From: an uncultured Candidatus Saccharibacteria bacterium
GTDB taxonomy: Bacteria > Patescibacteriota > Minisyncoccia > GWC2-36-17 > WO2-46-25
Reading direction: 5' to 3'
DNA length: 64,000 nt
Assembly: GCA_964359755.1 (NCBI GenBank)
Contig: CAYHUB010000001.1
Span: 39,797 to 103,796, forward strand
Of this stretch, positions 8,954 through 17,815 are shown piece after piece. A program made the position numbers and the translations under genes. The notes below the pieces were generated by a model. The model was not told where the DNA came from and ran no database searches. It was given only the letters and a program-made list of their open reading frames with translations. Every line of letters starts with the position of its first letter. The first letter of the stretch is position 1.

Positions 8954-9958
8954 ATGTACGACGTTATCACTATGGGCGCGGCGACGCGGGATGTTTTTTT
9001 GTTGAGCGATCATTTTCGCGTGGCAAAAGACAAACATCTTTCGGCAGTCGGGGAGGTGCTCTATTTTAATCTGGGGTCAAAAAATGAATTGCAAGAAGTC
9101 ATTCTGACCACGGGCGGCGGCGCGACAAACGCGGCGGTAACATTTGCACGGCAAGGGTTAAGGACGGCGTGCATCTGCAGAGTCGGCGATGAGGAGAGCG
9201 GCCATGATGTGGTGCGTGCGCTTAAAAATGAAGGGATTACAACGGAATTCATCCAGCACGATAAAAAATCACCAACAGCGTACTCGACCATTCTCACGAC
9301 CAAAAAAGGGGAGCGGGTCATTTTAACGAAGCGCGGAGCATCTGATCATATCGACGCGCGCGCGATTCCCGTGAAACGCGTGCAGGCGAAATGGCTTTAT
9401 GTTTCTTCGGTCGCGGGCGATCTCGCATTGCTGAAAAAGGTTTTTGCCGTTGCGCACGCGCATGGCATACGCATTGCGATCAACCCCGGGATCCGTGAAT
9501 TGGAAAAAGGATTGCGTGCGCTTGAACCGCTCTTGCGCAGCGTGGACGTGCTGTTTGTGAATCATGAAGAGGCGGCGCAACTCACCGGTATTTCGCAGCG
9601 GAAAGAAAAAACTATTTTTGAAAAACTTGATGCGATTGTGCGCGGCATCGTGGTAATGACAAAAGGGCAAAAAGGCGTGGTGGTGTCCGACGGTAAAAAA
9701 GTATATCATGCGGGTGTTCCTAAGGCACCCATCGCGGGAAGGACGGGGGCGGGAGATGCGTTCGGTTCGGGTTTTATTGCCGGGCTTGCGCGGGGAAACA
9801 ATATTCCGTTCTCGATGCAATTAGGCACCGCAAATGCCACAGCGGTCATTCAGCATCTTTCTGCAAAGCAGGGTATTTTGCGAAAGGGTGAGTGGGGGAA
9901 ATGGCCGCGCGTAACCGTACAAGAAATTTCACTGAAAAATCATGGATACATCAATTGA
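8954..9958 (+). CDS. PfkB/ribokinase-family carbohydrate kinase
   Basis: GGGATN.A, N.EEA, TGAGDAFGSG. Confidence 0.92.
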   Translation: MYDVITMGAATRDVFLLSDHFRVAKDKHLSAVGEVLYFNLGSKNELQEVILTTGGGATNAAVTFARQGLRTACICRVGDEESGHDVVRALKNEGITTEFIQHDKKSPTAYSTILTTKKGERVILTKRGASDHIDARAIPVKRVQAKWLYVSSVAGDLALLKKVFAVAHAHGIRIAINPGIRELEKGLRALEPLLRSVDVLFVNHEEAAQLTGISQRKEKTIFEKLDAIVRGIVVMTKGQKGVVVSDGKKVYHAGVPKAPIAGRTGAGDAFGSGFIAGLARGNNIPFSMQLGTANATAVIQHLSAKQGILRKGEWGKWPRVTVQEISLKNHGYIN

Positions 9959-11195
9959 AAGGATCGCGCGCGTATTGCGCACCGACAAGGATACGGTGGG
10001 AAATTTATGCAAGCGGATGGAAGAGGTGACAGGAAAAAGAAATGTCCCGCAAAAAGTGATGGAAGAGAACGATCTGCTTGTGGAGAAGTCTCTTACTGCG
10101 CTTGGCGTTGGGGGAAAAGCGTTTAATTTTGAGGTGTATCAGGCGCTTATCGCAAAAGTGAAGAAAAATGACGCGACCATTTTTGAGCTTTTTCGCAAGC
10201 CGCGATGTATTGACTATAAAGGGTGTAAGACGCTGTTAAACTTTGCCGAAGAGCTTGCAAATGTCGGCGAAGGATTTTTTCTTAAAAAAGAAAAAGCGAC
10301 AGAGTTGTTGAAGAACGAACCACCGGTGAATATCATGAAGGCGCTCGGGTACAAGGAGGTGAACGAGCTGATCGAGAAAGAAGACATTGATCAGGTATTT
10401 GCTGCGCTGCGGTTCGGGGAAGAACGGCAATGGCTGAATGAAGTGTTTTTCGCGCAATATAAAAATCTTACGGTCAATGATTTTGAGCGCAGAGGCATAC
10501 GGCTTGAAGTGCTTGACGGGAAATGGCTTACGATCGCGGAGCAATTCCTGAAAAAGAAATATCATAATGTGTCCCATCTCAAAGAATTGGGAGTGATATT
10601 TGTGATCCCGCTCGAGTTAAAAACACCCGGCGAAACGATGCGCGTGTTCGGGCTTATTCTGCATTATTTGCACGAGGTAAACTTTTACGCAAAATTGTTT
10701 ACGCTGTATGCGCAAACGCCTTCCAATTTCGCCGAGCGTGTTATTTCGTGTTTGCGCGGCGATGTGCTTGATGAGCAGATGCACAGCCATGTGGTATCCA
10801 ATTGGCTTATTGTACAGCGGTATCTTGCCAAAGAGGATGAATATGACTGGCGGTTATTCGCGCCGCATGTGAACCCGGAAGCGCTTCACTGGACGAAAGC
10901 GGAGGAAGATGTTGCGCGGCTCAATGAGCGGTTTGAGAATCTTGATCTGCATTTCTGGCACAATCTTGATTTTGTGGGAGAATTTTACCGCACGGAATCC
11001 GGCGTCGATAATCTCGTGAGCTTTAATCTGATCGACACCGTGATGTCGTTGGTCATGGAAAAGGATATGATCAAATATCTGTATCATCATCAGGAAGCGA
11101 TGTGGAACAAGCTATTTATGGAATACGTGGGCGGGCGCGATGAAATGGAGCGGCTTACCGTTGAAAACTTCATGAAAGGGTACATCGCGTTTTAA
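9942..11195 (+). CDS. Conserved-looking hypothetical protein (417 aa)
   Basis: Long ORF in the operon, overlapping pfkB; no family recognised. Confidence 0.85.
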   Translation: MDTSIERIARVLRTDKDTVGNLCKRMEEVTGKRNVPQKVMEENDLLVEKSLTALGVGGKAFNFEVYQALIAKVKKNDATIFELFRKPRCIDYKGCKTLLNFAEELANVGEGFFLKKEKATELLKNEPPVNIMKALGYKEVNELIEKEDIDQVFAALRFGEERQWLNEVFFAQYKNLTVNDFERRGIRLEVLDGKWLTIAEQFLKKKYHNVSHLKELGVIFVIPLELKTPGETMRVFGLILHYLHEVNFYAKLFTLYAQTPSNFAERVISCLRGDVLDEQMHSHVVSNWLIVQRYLAKEDEYDWRLFAPHVNPEALHWTKAEEDVARLNERFENLDLHFWHNLDFVGEFYRTESGVDNLVSFNLIDTVMSLVMEKDMIKYLYHHQEAMWNKLFMEYVGGRDEMERLTVENFMKGYIAF

Positions 11196-11200
11196 TTGGC

Positions 11201-12091
11201 ATGAATTGTAATACGAAACAATTTTTCAGTGCTGCGGAGAACGGGAAATATGCGATCGGGCAGTTCAATGTGTCTACAGCAGATCAAATACGGGCAATTA
11301 TGAGGGTTGCGAAGGATCTCCGCTCACCGGTCATTATTGGCACGTCGGAAGGCGAGTGTGCATTTATTGGCGCGAGACAGGCGGTGAAGCTGTGCGAAGC
11401 ATACGAAGAAGAAGTGGGTGTCCCGGTCATTCTGAATGCCGATCATACCTATAAGGATGTGAAAGAGATAAAAAATCTTGATACGATACAAGCATTGCTT
11501 GATGCGGGGTATAATTCTATTCACTTTGACGGTTCCGTGCTGTCGTTTGAAGAAAATGTTGAGTGGACAAAGCAGGTGGTCGCAATGTGCAAAGAGAAGA
11601 ACCCGGGAATATCCGTGGAGGGTGAGCTCGGTTTTTTGCCCGGGGCATCGCAGATTTCTCAAGAAAAAGTGGAAATAAAGCCGGAGTATCTGACCGATCC
11701 GAAACAGGCGCTCGCATTTGTGGAAGCGACCGGCATCGATCGGCTCGCGGTGTCGGTCGGCAATAGCCACGGCATTTCATTTCAGGAGGATCGGCTTGAT
11801 ATTGAGCGCATCGCGGCGATCAAAGAGATGATCGGTGACCGCGCGGTGCTCGTGTTGCATGGCGGATCGGGAATCCCGGATGATCAGATACAAGCGGCGA
11901 TTGAGCACGGCATTCGAAAGATTAACATCAATACCGAACTTCGCGTCGCATTTCATGACGCGCTCAAAGCAACGCTTACAGGATCGGAACAAACAACCCC
12001 GTACAAGTTTTTGCCGCCGGCAATGGATGCGGTTGCGCGCGTGGTAGAGGGGAAAATAAAACTTTTTGGAAGCGGCAATGCTGCTAAGTGA
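11201..12091 (+). CDS. fba: Class II fructose-bisphosphate aldolase
   Basis: ADH, FDGS, VEGELG, GNSHG, VLHGGSG, KININT. Confidence 0.95.
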   Translation: MNCNTKQFFSAAENGKYAIGQFNVSTADQIRAIMRVAKDLRSPVIIGTSEGECAFIGARQAVKLCEAYEEEVGVPVILNADHTYKDVKEIKNLDTIQALLDAGYNSIHFDGSVLSFEENVEWTKQVVAMCKEKNPGISVEGELGFLPGASQISQEKVEIKPEYLTDPKQALAFVEATGIDRLAVSVGNSHGISFQEDRLDIERIAAIKEMIGDRAVLVLHGGSGIPDDQIQAAIEHGIRKININTELRVAFHDALKATLTGSEQTTPYKFLPPAMDAVARVVEGKIKLFGSGNAAK

Positions 12092-13398
12092 TCATGGCAG
12101 ATACATTCATCATCAAAGGAGGAAAAAAGCTGAAAGGATCGATCGAGGTGCGCGGCGCAAAGAACGCCGCGTTTGCAGTGCTTGCCGCAACACTCCTTAC
12201 GAAAGAGACCTGTGAAATCGACAACGTGCCCCTTGTCAAAGATGTTTTCGTTATGCTGGAAATATTTACCAGTATCGGCGTGGAGCATGAATTCATCTCC
12301 GAGCGAAAACTGCGGATCTCTGCCGCAAAAATTTCCCCAAAAAACATCCGGCATGATGCCGTAGAAAAGATCCGCGCATCGGTGCTCTTGTGCGGGGCGC
12401 TTCCTGTGCGCGCGCCGCGCTTTGCGCTTACGAAGCCGGGCGGATGCTCGATCGGGTCACGGATCCTCGATCCGCATATCGATGCGCTTGCGCAGGTAGG
12501 TATTGAAATTAAAAAGCGCGGCAAATATCTTGATGTGATAAAACACGAAGTAGCGGGCGACCGCGAGATCGTGCTTTCTGAGATGTCAGTGACCGCGACC
12601 GAAAACGCGGTGCTTGCATCGGTGGTGCGCAAGGGCACGGTGACGATATATTGCGCCGCTTCGGAGCCATATGTGCAGGATCTCTGCCACATGCTGGTAA
12701 ACATGGGGGCTCACATTTCTGGCATCGGCACCAATACGCTTATTGTTAAGGGTGTCGCGAAATTACATGGCGTAAGGCACTTTATCATGCCCGACCCGAT
12801 AGAGATGGGGACGTTCATTACGCTTGCCGCCTGCACGAAAAGCCGTATCGTCATTAAAAATACCGTGCCGGAATTTATACGGTTCGATATGTTGAAGTTT
12901 GCGGAAGCGGGTGTTATAGTGAAGATGAAAAACCGAAGAAAAAATGCGCACGGATGGGGATATGAAATGGCGGATATGGAAGTTATACCGTCGCCGTTGG
13001 TTGCGGTGAAGAAGGTGCATAATATGCCGTATCCCGGGCTGTCTCCTGACATCCTTCCGATGTTTGTGGTGTTGATGACGCAGGCGCGCGGGATCAGTTT
13101 GATCCACGATTGGATGTACGAAGGAAGATTAAAATATGTTGAAGAGCTAAAACGCATGGGGGCGGATGCATTCATATGCGACCCGCACCGTGCGCTCATT
13201 ACGGGGCCGACGCCGCTTGAAGGAAAAGAGATCACCAGTTTCGATTTGCGGGCGGGAGCGGTGCTTATTATCGCCGCGCTTACCGCACAAGGGACGACCG
13301 TCATACAGAACGCGTATCAAGTCGACAGAGGGTATGAGGATATCGAAGGAAGGCTGAAAAAAATGGGGGCGAATATAAAAAGAATTTCTAATTCCTAA
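12088..13398 (+). CDS. murA: UDP-N-acetylglucosamine 1-carboxyvinyltransferase
   Basis: GAKNA, RAS, PGGCSIG.R, SVTATEN, DLRAGA, DRGYE. Confidence 0.96.
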   Translation: MIMADTFIIKGGKKLKGSIEVRGAKNAAFAVLAATLLTKETCEIDNVPLVKDVFVMLEIFTSIGVEHEFISERKLRISAAKISPKNIRHDAVEKIRASVLLCGALPVRAPRFALTKPGGCSIGSRILDPHIDALAQVGIEIKKRGKYLDVIKHEVAGDREIVLSEMSVTATENAVLASVVRKGTVTIYCAASEPYVQDLCHMLVNMGAHISGIGTNTLIVKGVAKLHGVRHFIMPDPIEMGTFITLAACTKSRIVIKNTVPEFIRFDMLKFAEAGVIVKMKNRRKNAHGWGYEMADMEVIPSPLVAVKKVHNMPYPGLSPDILPMFVVLMTQARGISLIHDWMYEGRLKYVEELKRMGADAFICDPHRALITGPTPLEGKEITSFDLRAGAVLIIAALTAQGTTVIQNAYQVDRGYEDIEGRLKKMGANIKRISNS

Positions 13399-13464
13399 TT
13401 GACCTAATTTCTAAATTTGGCATTGGGATTTAGGATTTAATTAGAAATTAGATATTAGGAATTT
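13383..13464. repeat. Heptamer-periodic imperfect inverted repeat
   Basis: AATTTCT AATTCCT ... AAATTAG ATATTAG GAATTT; overlaps the murA stop. Confidence 0.75.
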
Positions 13465-13469
13465 AAAGT

Positions 13470-14477
13470 ATGTTTATTCGAAAGATCGGTATTGATCTTG
13501 GTACTACCAATACACTCGTATTCATTCCTAAAAAAGGGGTGGTGGTGAATGAGCCGACCGTTGTGGCGGTTTCCGCGCATGACCGATCGGTGATGGCGGT
13601 CGGAGCGGAAGCAAAAGAGATGCTCGGAAGAACGCCCGATGCGATTATCGCGTTACGGCCATTGAAGGAAGGAGTGATAGCTGACTACAAGATCACCGAA
13701 GCGATGATTTCTTATTTTCTCACGAAAGGGTGCGGGCGAATACGCCTTTTTAAGCCTGAAATGATGATATCGGTTCCTGCAGGAATTACTTCCACAGAGC
13801 GCCGTGCGGTGGTTGACGCCGCGATTCAGGCGGGCGCAAAGGCTGCGTATGTTGTAAAAGAGCCGGTGCTTGCCGCAATTGGCGCAGGTATCCCTATTAA
13901 CGAAGCATCCGGAAGCATGATCGTGAATATCGGCGGTGGAACATCGGAGATCGCGGTAATTTCGCTGGGGGGTATTGTGGCGTGGGCATCGGTACGCGTT
14001 GCGGGAAATAAGATCGATCAGGCGATTGCTGAGTATGTGCGCAAAACGCACAGTCTTGAGATCGGCGAGCGAACAGCCGAGGATATCAAGATAGGAGTCG
14101 GGTCTGCTGTTCCGGTGAAAGAGGAAGATTCTATGGACGTACGGGGGCGCGACATGATCACCGGTCTTCCGCGGACGATCCGCGTAACAACGAACGAGGT
14201 CGCGGAAGCAATTGCCGAGCCGTTAAAAGAGATCGTGCGCGCAGTAAAGTCCGTGCTTCAAGAAACGCCTCCCGAGCTTGCGGCGGATATTATGCATAAG
14301 GGGATGACGCTTTCGGGCGGCGGCGCTTTGCTTCGTAATATCGACGAGCTTTTATTTAAAGTGACCGGCGTGTCGTGTACGAAAGCGAATGAACCGCTGT
14401 TGTGTGTCGCAAAAGGGACCGGCATCGTACTTGAAAATCTTGATGTATATAAACGAAGTGTGATGAGTAAAAAATAG
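13470..14477 (+). CDS. mreB: Rod shape-determining protein MreB/Mbl
   Basis: IGIDLGT.NT, EP.VVA, IGGGTSE, GGGALL. Confidence 0.96.
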   Translation: MFIRKIGIDLGTTNTLVFIPKKGVVVNEPTVVAVSAHDRSVMAVGAEAKEMLGRTPDAIIALRPLKEGVIADYKITEAMISYFLTKGCGRIRLFKPEMMISVPAGITSTERRAVVDAAIQAGAKAAYVVKEPVLAAIGAGIPINEASGSMIVNIGGGTSEIAVISLGGIVAWASVRVAGNKIDQAIAEYVRKTHSLEIGERTAEDIKIGVGSAVPVKEEDSMDVRGRDMITGLPRTIRVTTNEVAEAIAEPLKEIVRAVKSVLQETPPELAADIMHKGMTLSGGGALLRNIDELLFKVTGVSCTKANEPLLCVAKGTGIVLENLDVYKRSVMSKK

Positions 14478-14482
14478 AAAGC

Positions 14483-15556
14483 ATGAATATTGGTATTCAC
14501 GCAAAAGGCGCATTTAAATATGAACGTACCGGGGTTGAGGAGTATGTGTATCAGCTTCTCAAGCATTTTGCAATGCTTGATGAGTCAACGAATCACTCTT
14601 TTCTTCTCTATACCCCGTATTATAAAGACACCTTATATCTGCCGAAGAACTTTTCAGTACGGCGGCTTCGCAGCATATTTTTTTGGACGAGATTCCGTCT
14701 CTCGATGAAGATGCTTTTTGACGCACCGGATGTGCTTTTCATGCCGGCTAATTTTTTACCTGTTTTTTATCCCAGCCGTACGGTTGCGACGATTCACGGG
14801 TTGGAATTTGAATATTTCCCCGAGGTATTTGCGCCTTCGCAACTGGCGTATTTGAAAGAAGGCACGCGCCGCGTGGTGCGCTCCGCGAAAAAAATCATCG
14901 TACCGACGAACGCAGGAAAAGAAGATCTTATCAAATTCTATAAGGCGGATCCGAACAAAATAATTGTTATCCAGCATGGCGTCAATCCGCAGGTGGCGTA
15001 TCATCATCGGTATCCGCCGATCGACGAGCAGTATATTTTATTCGTCGGGAAGCTCGAAAAAAAGAAGAACGTACAAAGTATCGTGAAAGCATTTGCGGTA
15101 TTGAAAGAGAAATATAAGATCCCGCATAAATTAGTGCTCGTGGGGAGTCCAGGGTTTGGATATCATGAAATACAAAAAGAAATAGAAAGAACGCTGTATA
15201 AAACCGATATCATACTCACCGGATACATCAGCCAAGAGGAAAAAGAGTCGTTCTTCAAATATGCTGACGTATTCGTGTTCCCGTCGCTGTATGAAGGATT
15301 TGGTATGCCGATCCTCGAAGCGCAGCTCAGGCAGGTTCCGGTGGTCACGTCGCGGATTCCTAATATCATGGAGGTTGCGGGAGACGGAGCTTTATTTGTC
15401 GATCCTATGAGCGTACAGCAGCTTACCGAGGCGGTTATGAGCGTGGTTTCCGATGATGCCATACGAGTTGACCTTGTTGCAAAAGGAATAAAAAATTCCC
15501 AGAAATACAGCTGGTTTAAGTGCGCGAAGGAGACGCTTGAAGCTTTGACTTCTTAG
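14483..15556 (+). CDS. Glycosyltransferase family 4
   Basis: RTGVEEY, FVG.LE.KKN, PSLYEGFGMPILEA. Confidence 0.92.
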   Translation: MNIGIHAKGAFKYERTGVEEYVYQLLKHFAMLDESTNHSFLLYTPYYKDTLYLPKNFSVRRLRSIFFWTRFRLSMKMLFDAPDVLFMPANFLPVFYPSRTVATIHGLEFEYFPEVFAPSQLAYLKEGTRRVVRSAKKIIVPTNAGKEDLIKFYKADPNKIIVIQHGVNPQVAYHHRYPPIDEQYILFVGKLEKKKNVQSIVKAFAVLKEKYKIPHKLVLVGSPGFGYHEIQKEIERTLYKTDIILTGYISQEEKESFFKYADVFVFPSLYEGFGMPILEAQLRQVPVVTSRIPNIMEVAGDGALFVDPMSVQQLTEAVMSVVSDDAIRVDLVAKGIKNSQKYSWFKCAKETLEALTS

Positions 15557-15580
15557 AACCCATTTCACCATAACACTATT

Positions 15581-16747
15581 GTGCGCGTCGTTCTCGTCCA
15601 TGATTTTTTAACGCAATTCGGAGGAGCCGAACGCGTGTTAACGGTGCTCGCTTCATTATTCCCTGAAGCGCCCATTTATACGCTGGTATATGATGAAGAG
15701 ATCGTACGCAAGCATTTTTCCGAAAGAGAAGTGCGCGGATCTTTTTTGCAGTCGCTTCCGGCAGGCATCCGCACACGGCACCGGTTGTTATTGCCGTTGT
15801 ACCCGTATGCGCTCGGACGGTTCAATGTGCGTGATTTCGATATAGTGATTTCTTCGTCTTCCGCATTCGCAAAAGGCGTGCAGCGAGGGCTCCATGCCAT
15901 ACATATCTGTTATTGCCATGCAACCGCGCGATTTTTATGGGAGGAACAGGAACAATATCTGAGAGATAACAAGTACGGAGCAATCACAAAGATGGCGGTG
16001 AAGCATCTGCTTACGCCGTTATTACGGCGCTGGGATATCGCGTCTGCGCGCAGGGTTGATGTATGGATCGCGAATTCGGCGACAACGCAACTGAAAATAC
16101 ACGAGCGGTACGAGAAGAACGCAACAGTGATATATCCGCCGCTTACAAAACTTGATCATACCAAGAAACACGATGCGCATCCCCGGGAATATTTTTTACT
16201 CGTATCGCGTTTGGCGGCATATAAAAAAATTGATGTGGTGATAGATGCATTCACGATACTCGGATTGCCGTTGGTCATCGTCGGCACCGGACCCGAGGAG
16301 AAGCGGTTTAAAAAGAAGGCAGGGAAAAATATCTCCTTTCGCGGATTTGTCACCGACAAGGAGCTTGCGGAGCACTATCGCAATGCGGTCGCGCTTATTG
16401 TCGCATGCGAGGAAGATTTTGGAATAAGCGCGATTGAAGCGCTGAGTTTTGGTACGCCGGTGCTTGCGTATCGCAAAGGCGGGGTAATGGAGTGGATGGA
16501 AGAAGGAAGAACAGGAGAATTTTTTGATAAGCAGACATCTTCGGAAATCCGCGATGGCGTGCGAAAGATATTGCACAATAACGCGCGTTATGCTTGCGCA
16601 TATCTTCAGGAGGTTGCGTCTCGGTTCGACGAAAGTGAATTTCGAGCGGCAATACTCCGCATGGTGTCGTTGCATGAGATTGACTTTTTTCAAAGGAAAG
16701 AGTACGATAAAAACAATAGTGAAACCGTAGACAAGAGGCCCGGCTGA
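15581..16747 (+). CDS. Glycosyltransferase family 4
   Basis: VHD.L...GGAERVL, CYCH...R, EEDFGI..IEA; GTG start. Confidence 0.92.
   Translation: MRVVLVHDFLTQFGGAERVLTVLASLFPEAPIYTLVYDEEIVRKHFSEREVRGSFLQSLPAGIRTRHRLLLPLYPYALGRFNVRDFDIVISSSSAFAKGVQRGLHAIHICYCHATARFLWEEQEQYLRDNKYGAITKMAVKHLLTPLLRRWDIASARRVDVWIANSATTQLKIHERYEKNATVIYPPLTKLDHTKKHDAHPREYFLLVSRLAAYKKIDVVIDAFTILGLPLVIVGTGPEEKRFKKKAGKNISFRGFVTDKELAEHYRNAVALIVACEEDFGISAIEALSFGTPVLAYRKGGVMEWMEEGRTGEFFDKQTSSEIRDGVRKILHNNARYACAYLQEVASRFDESEFRAAILRMVSLHEIDFFQRKEYDKNNSETVDKRPG
16680..16708 (+). promoter_or_regulatory. Sigma70 promoter for rplJL
   Basis: TTGACT-17nt-TACGAT. Confidence 0.7.
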
Positions 16748-16830
16748 AAGGCATATAAGCCCTCTCGAGGTATAAACCTTATCTTCCCCTGTGAAGATGC
16801 GTCTGCGGCCTTAAAAGGTCGTTTTTTTAT
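16720..16830 (+). ncRNA. Ribosomal protein L10 leader (attenuator)
   Basis: CCGTAGAC-AAGAGG...TAA..CCTCTCGAGG pattern; CCGTAGAC pairs with GTCTGCGG, which overlaps the alternative terminator CGGCCTT-aa-AAGGTCG-T7; directly upstream of rplJ. Confidence 0.85.
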
Positions 16831-16851
16831 TGGGTATTAACATAGTGGTAT

Positions 16852-17361
16852 ATGTCGCTTACAAGAAAACAAAAAGAGACGATAGTTGCATCGGTCGCGG
16901 ACAAGCTTTCAAAAAGCAATGTGCTTTTATTTACATCGTTTGCAAAGATCAGTGTCGAGAAGTTAAAGCAATTACGGAAAGAGCTTAAAGCAAAAAGCAT
17001 TGATTTTAAGGTTGTGAAAAAAAATCTTTTGCGCGTGGCGCTTGAAAAAGCGAAAATCGACGCGTCGGCGGCTGACATGAAAAAGATCCCTGAAGCATGC
17101 GGCGTGGTTTTTGCGGCCGATGATCAGATCACTCCTGTGCGCACGATATACACATTCGCGAAAGCAAAAGAGAATGCGTCGTTCACCGTGATCGGAGGCA
17201 TACTCGATAATGCGTTTGTTGCGCCTGAGCGAATGGCTCCGCTTGCAAAAGTTTCAACGCGAGAAGAGTTGTATGCGCGGTTGCTTGGTCAGTTGCAGGC
17301 CCCGCTTGCAAAGCTTGTCTATGCAATTAAAGCAGTAGGGGAAAGTAAATCAGCTGTGTAA
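16852..17361 (+). CDS. rplJ: 50S ribosomal protein L10
   Basis: LR..L, VVKK.L, REEL...L; precedes rplL. Confidence 0.93.
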   Translation: MSLTRKQKETIVASVADKLSKSNVLLFTSFAKISVEKLKQLRKELKAKSIDFKVVKKNLLRVALEKAKIDASAADMKKIPEACGVVFAADDQITPVRTIYTFAKAKENASFTVIGGILDNAFVAPERMAPLAKVSTREELYARLLGQLQAPLAKLVYAIKAVGESKSAV

Positions 17362-17385
17362 TAATAGTAGTAACTAAAAAAATAT

Positions 17386-17757
17386 ATGTCGGATAAATTT
17401 AAGAATCTGATCGAAGAAATCGAGAAAATGAGCGCGCTTGATATTGTCGAGCTCGTAAAGGCGCTTGAAGAAAAGTTTGGTGTGTCTGCGTCAGCTCCTG
17501 TCATGGCTGCGGGCGCAGCGGAGGGCGCAGCGGCAGTCGAAGAAAAAACATCGTTCAATGTCGAATTGAAATCGGCGGGCGAGCAGAAGATACAGGTTAT
17601 CAAGGCTGTCCGCGAGATCACCGGTCTTGGATTAAAAGAGGCGAAGGATATCGTTGACGGAGCGCCGAAAGTAGTAAAGGAAAACGTGGCAAAAGCGGAA
17701 GCGGAAGATATGAAAAAGAAATTGGAAGCGGCAGGCGCAACGGCGGAGTTGAAATAG
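17386..17757 (+). CDS. rplL: 50S ribosomal protein L7/L12
   Basis: [31 protein letters not shown]. Confidence 0.98.
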   Translation: MSDKFKNLIEEIEKMSALDIVELVKALEEKFGVSASAPVMAAGAAEGAAAVEEKTSFNVELKSAGEQKIQVIKAVREITGLGLKEAKDIVDGAPKVVKENVAKAEAEDMKKKLEAAGATAELK

Positions 17758-17766
17758 TAGGAAAGC

Positions 17767-17809
17767 AAACAAAAACACCCTCCTGATATTTAGGAGGGTG
17801 TTTTTGTTT
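17767..17809. terminator. Bidirectional intrinsic terminator
   Basis: AAACAAAAACACCCTCCT-loop-AGGAGGGTGTTTTTGTTT between convergent genes. Confidence 0.85.
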
Positions 17810-17815
17810 TCATGC

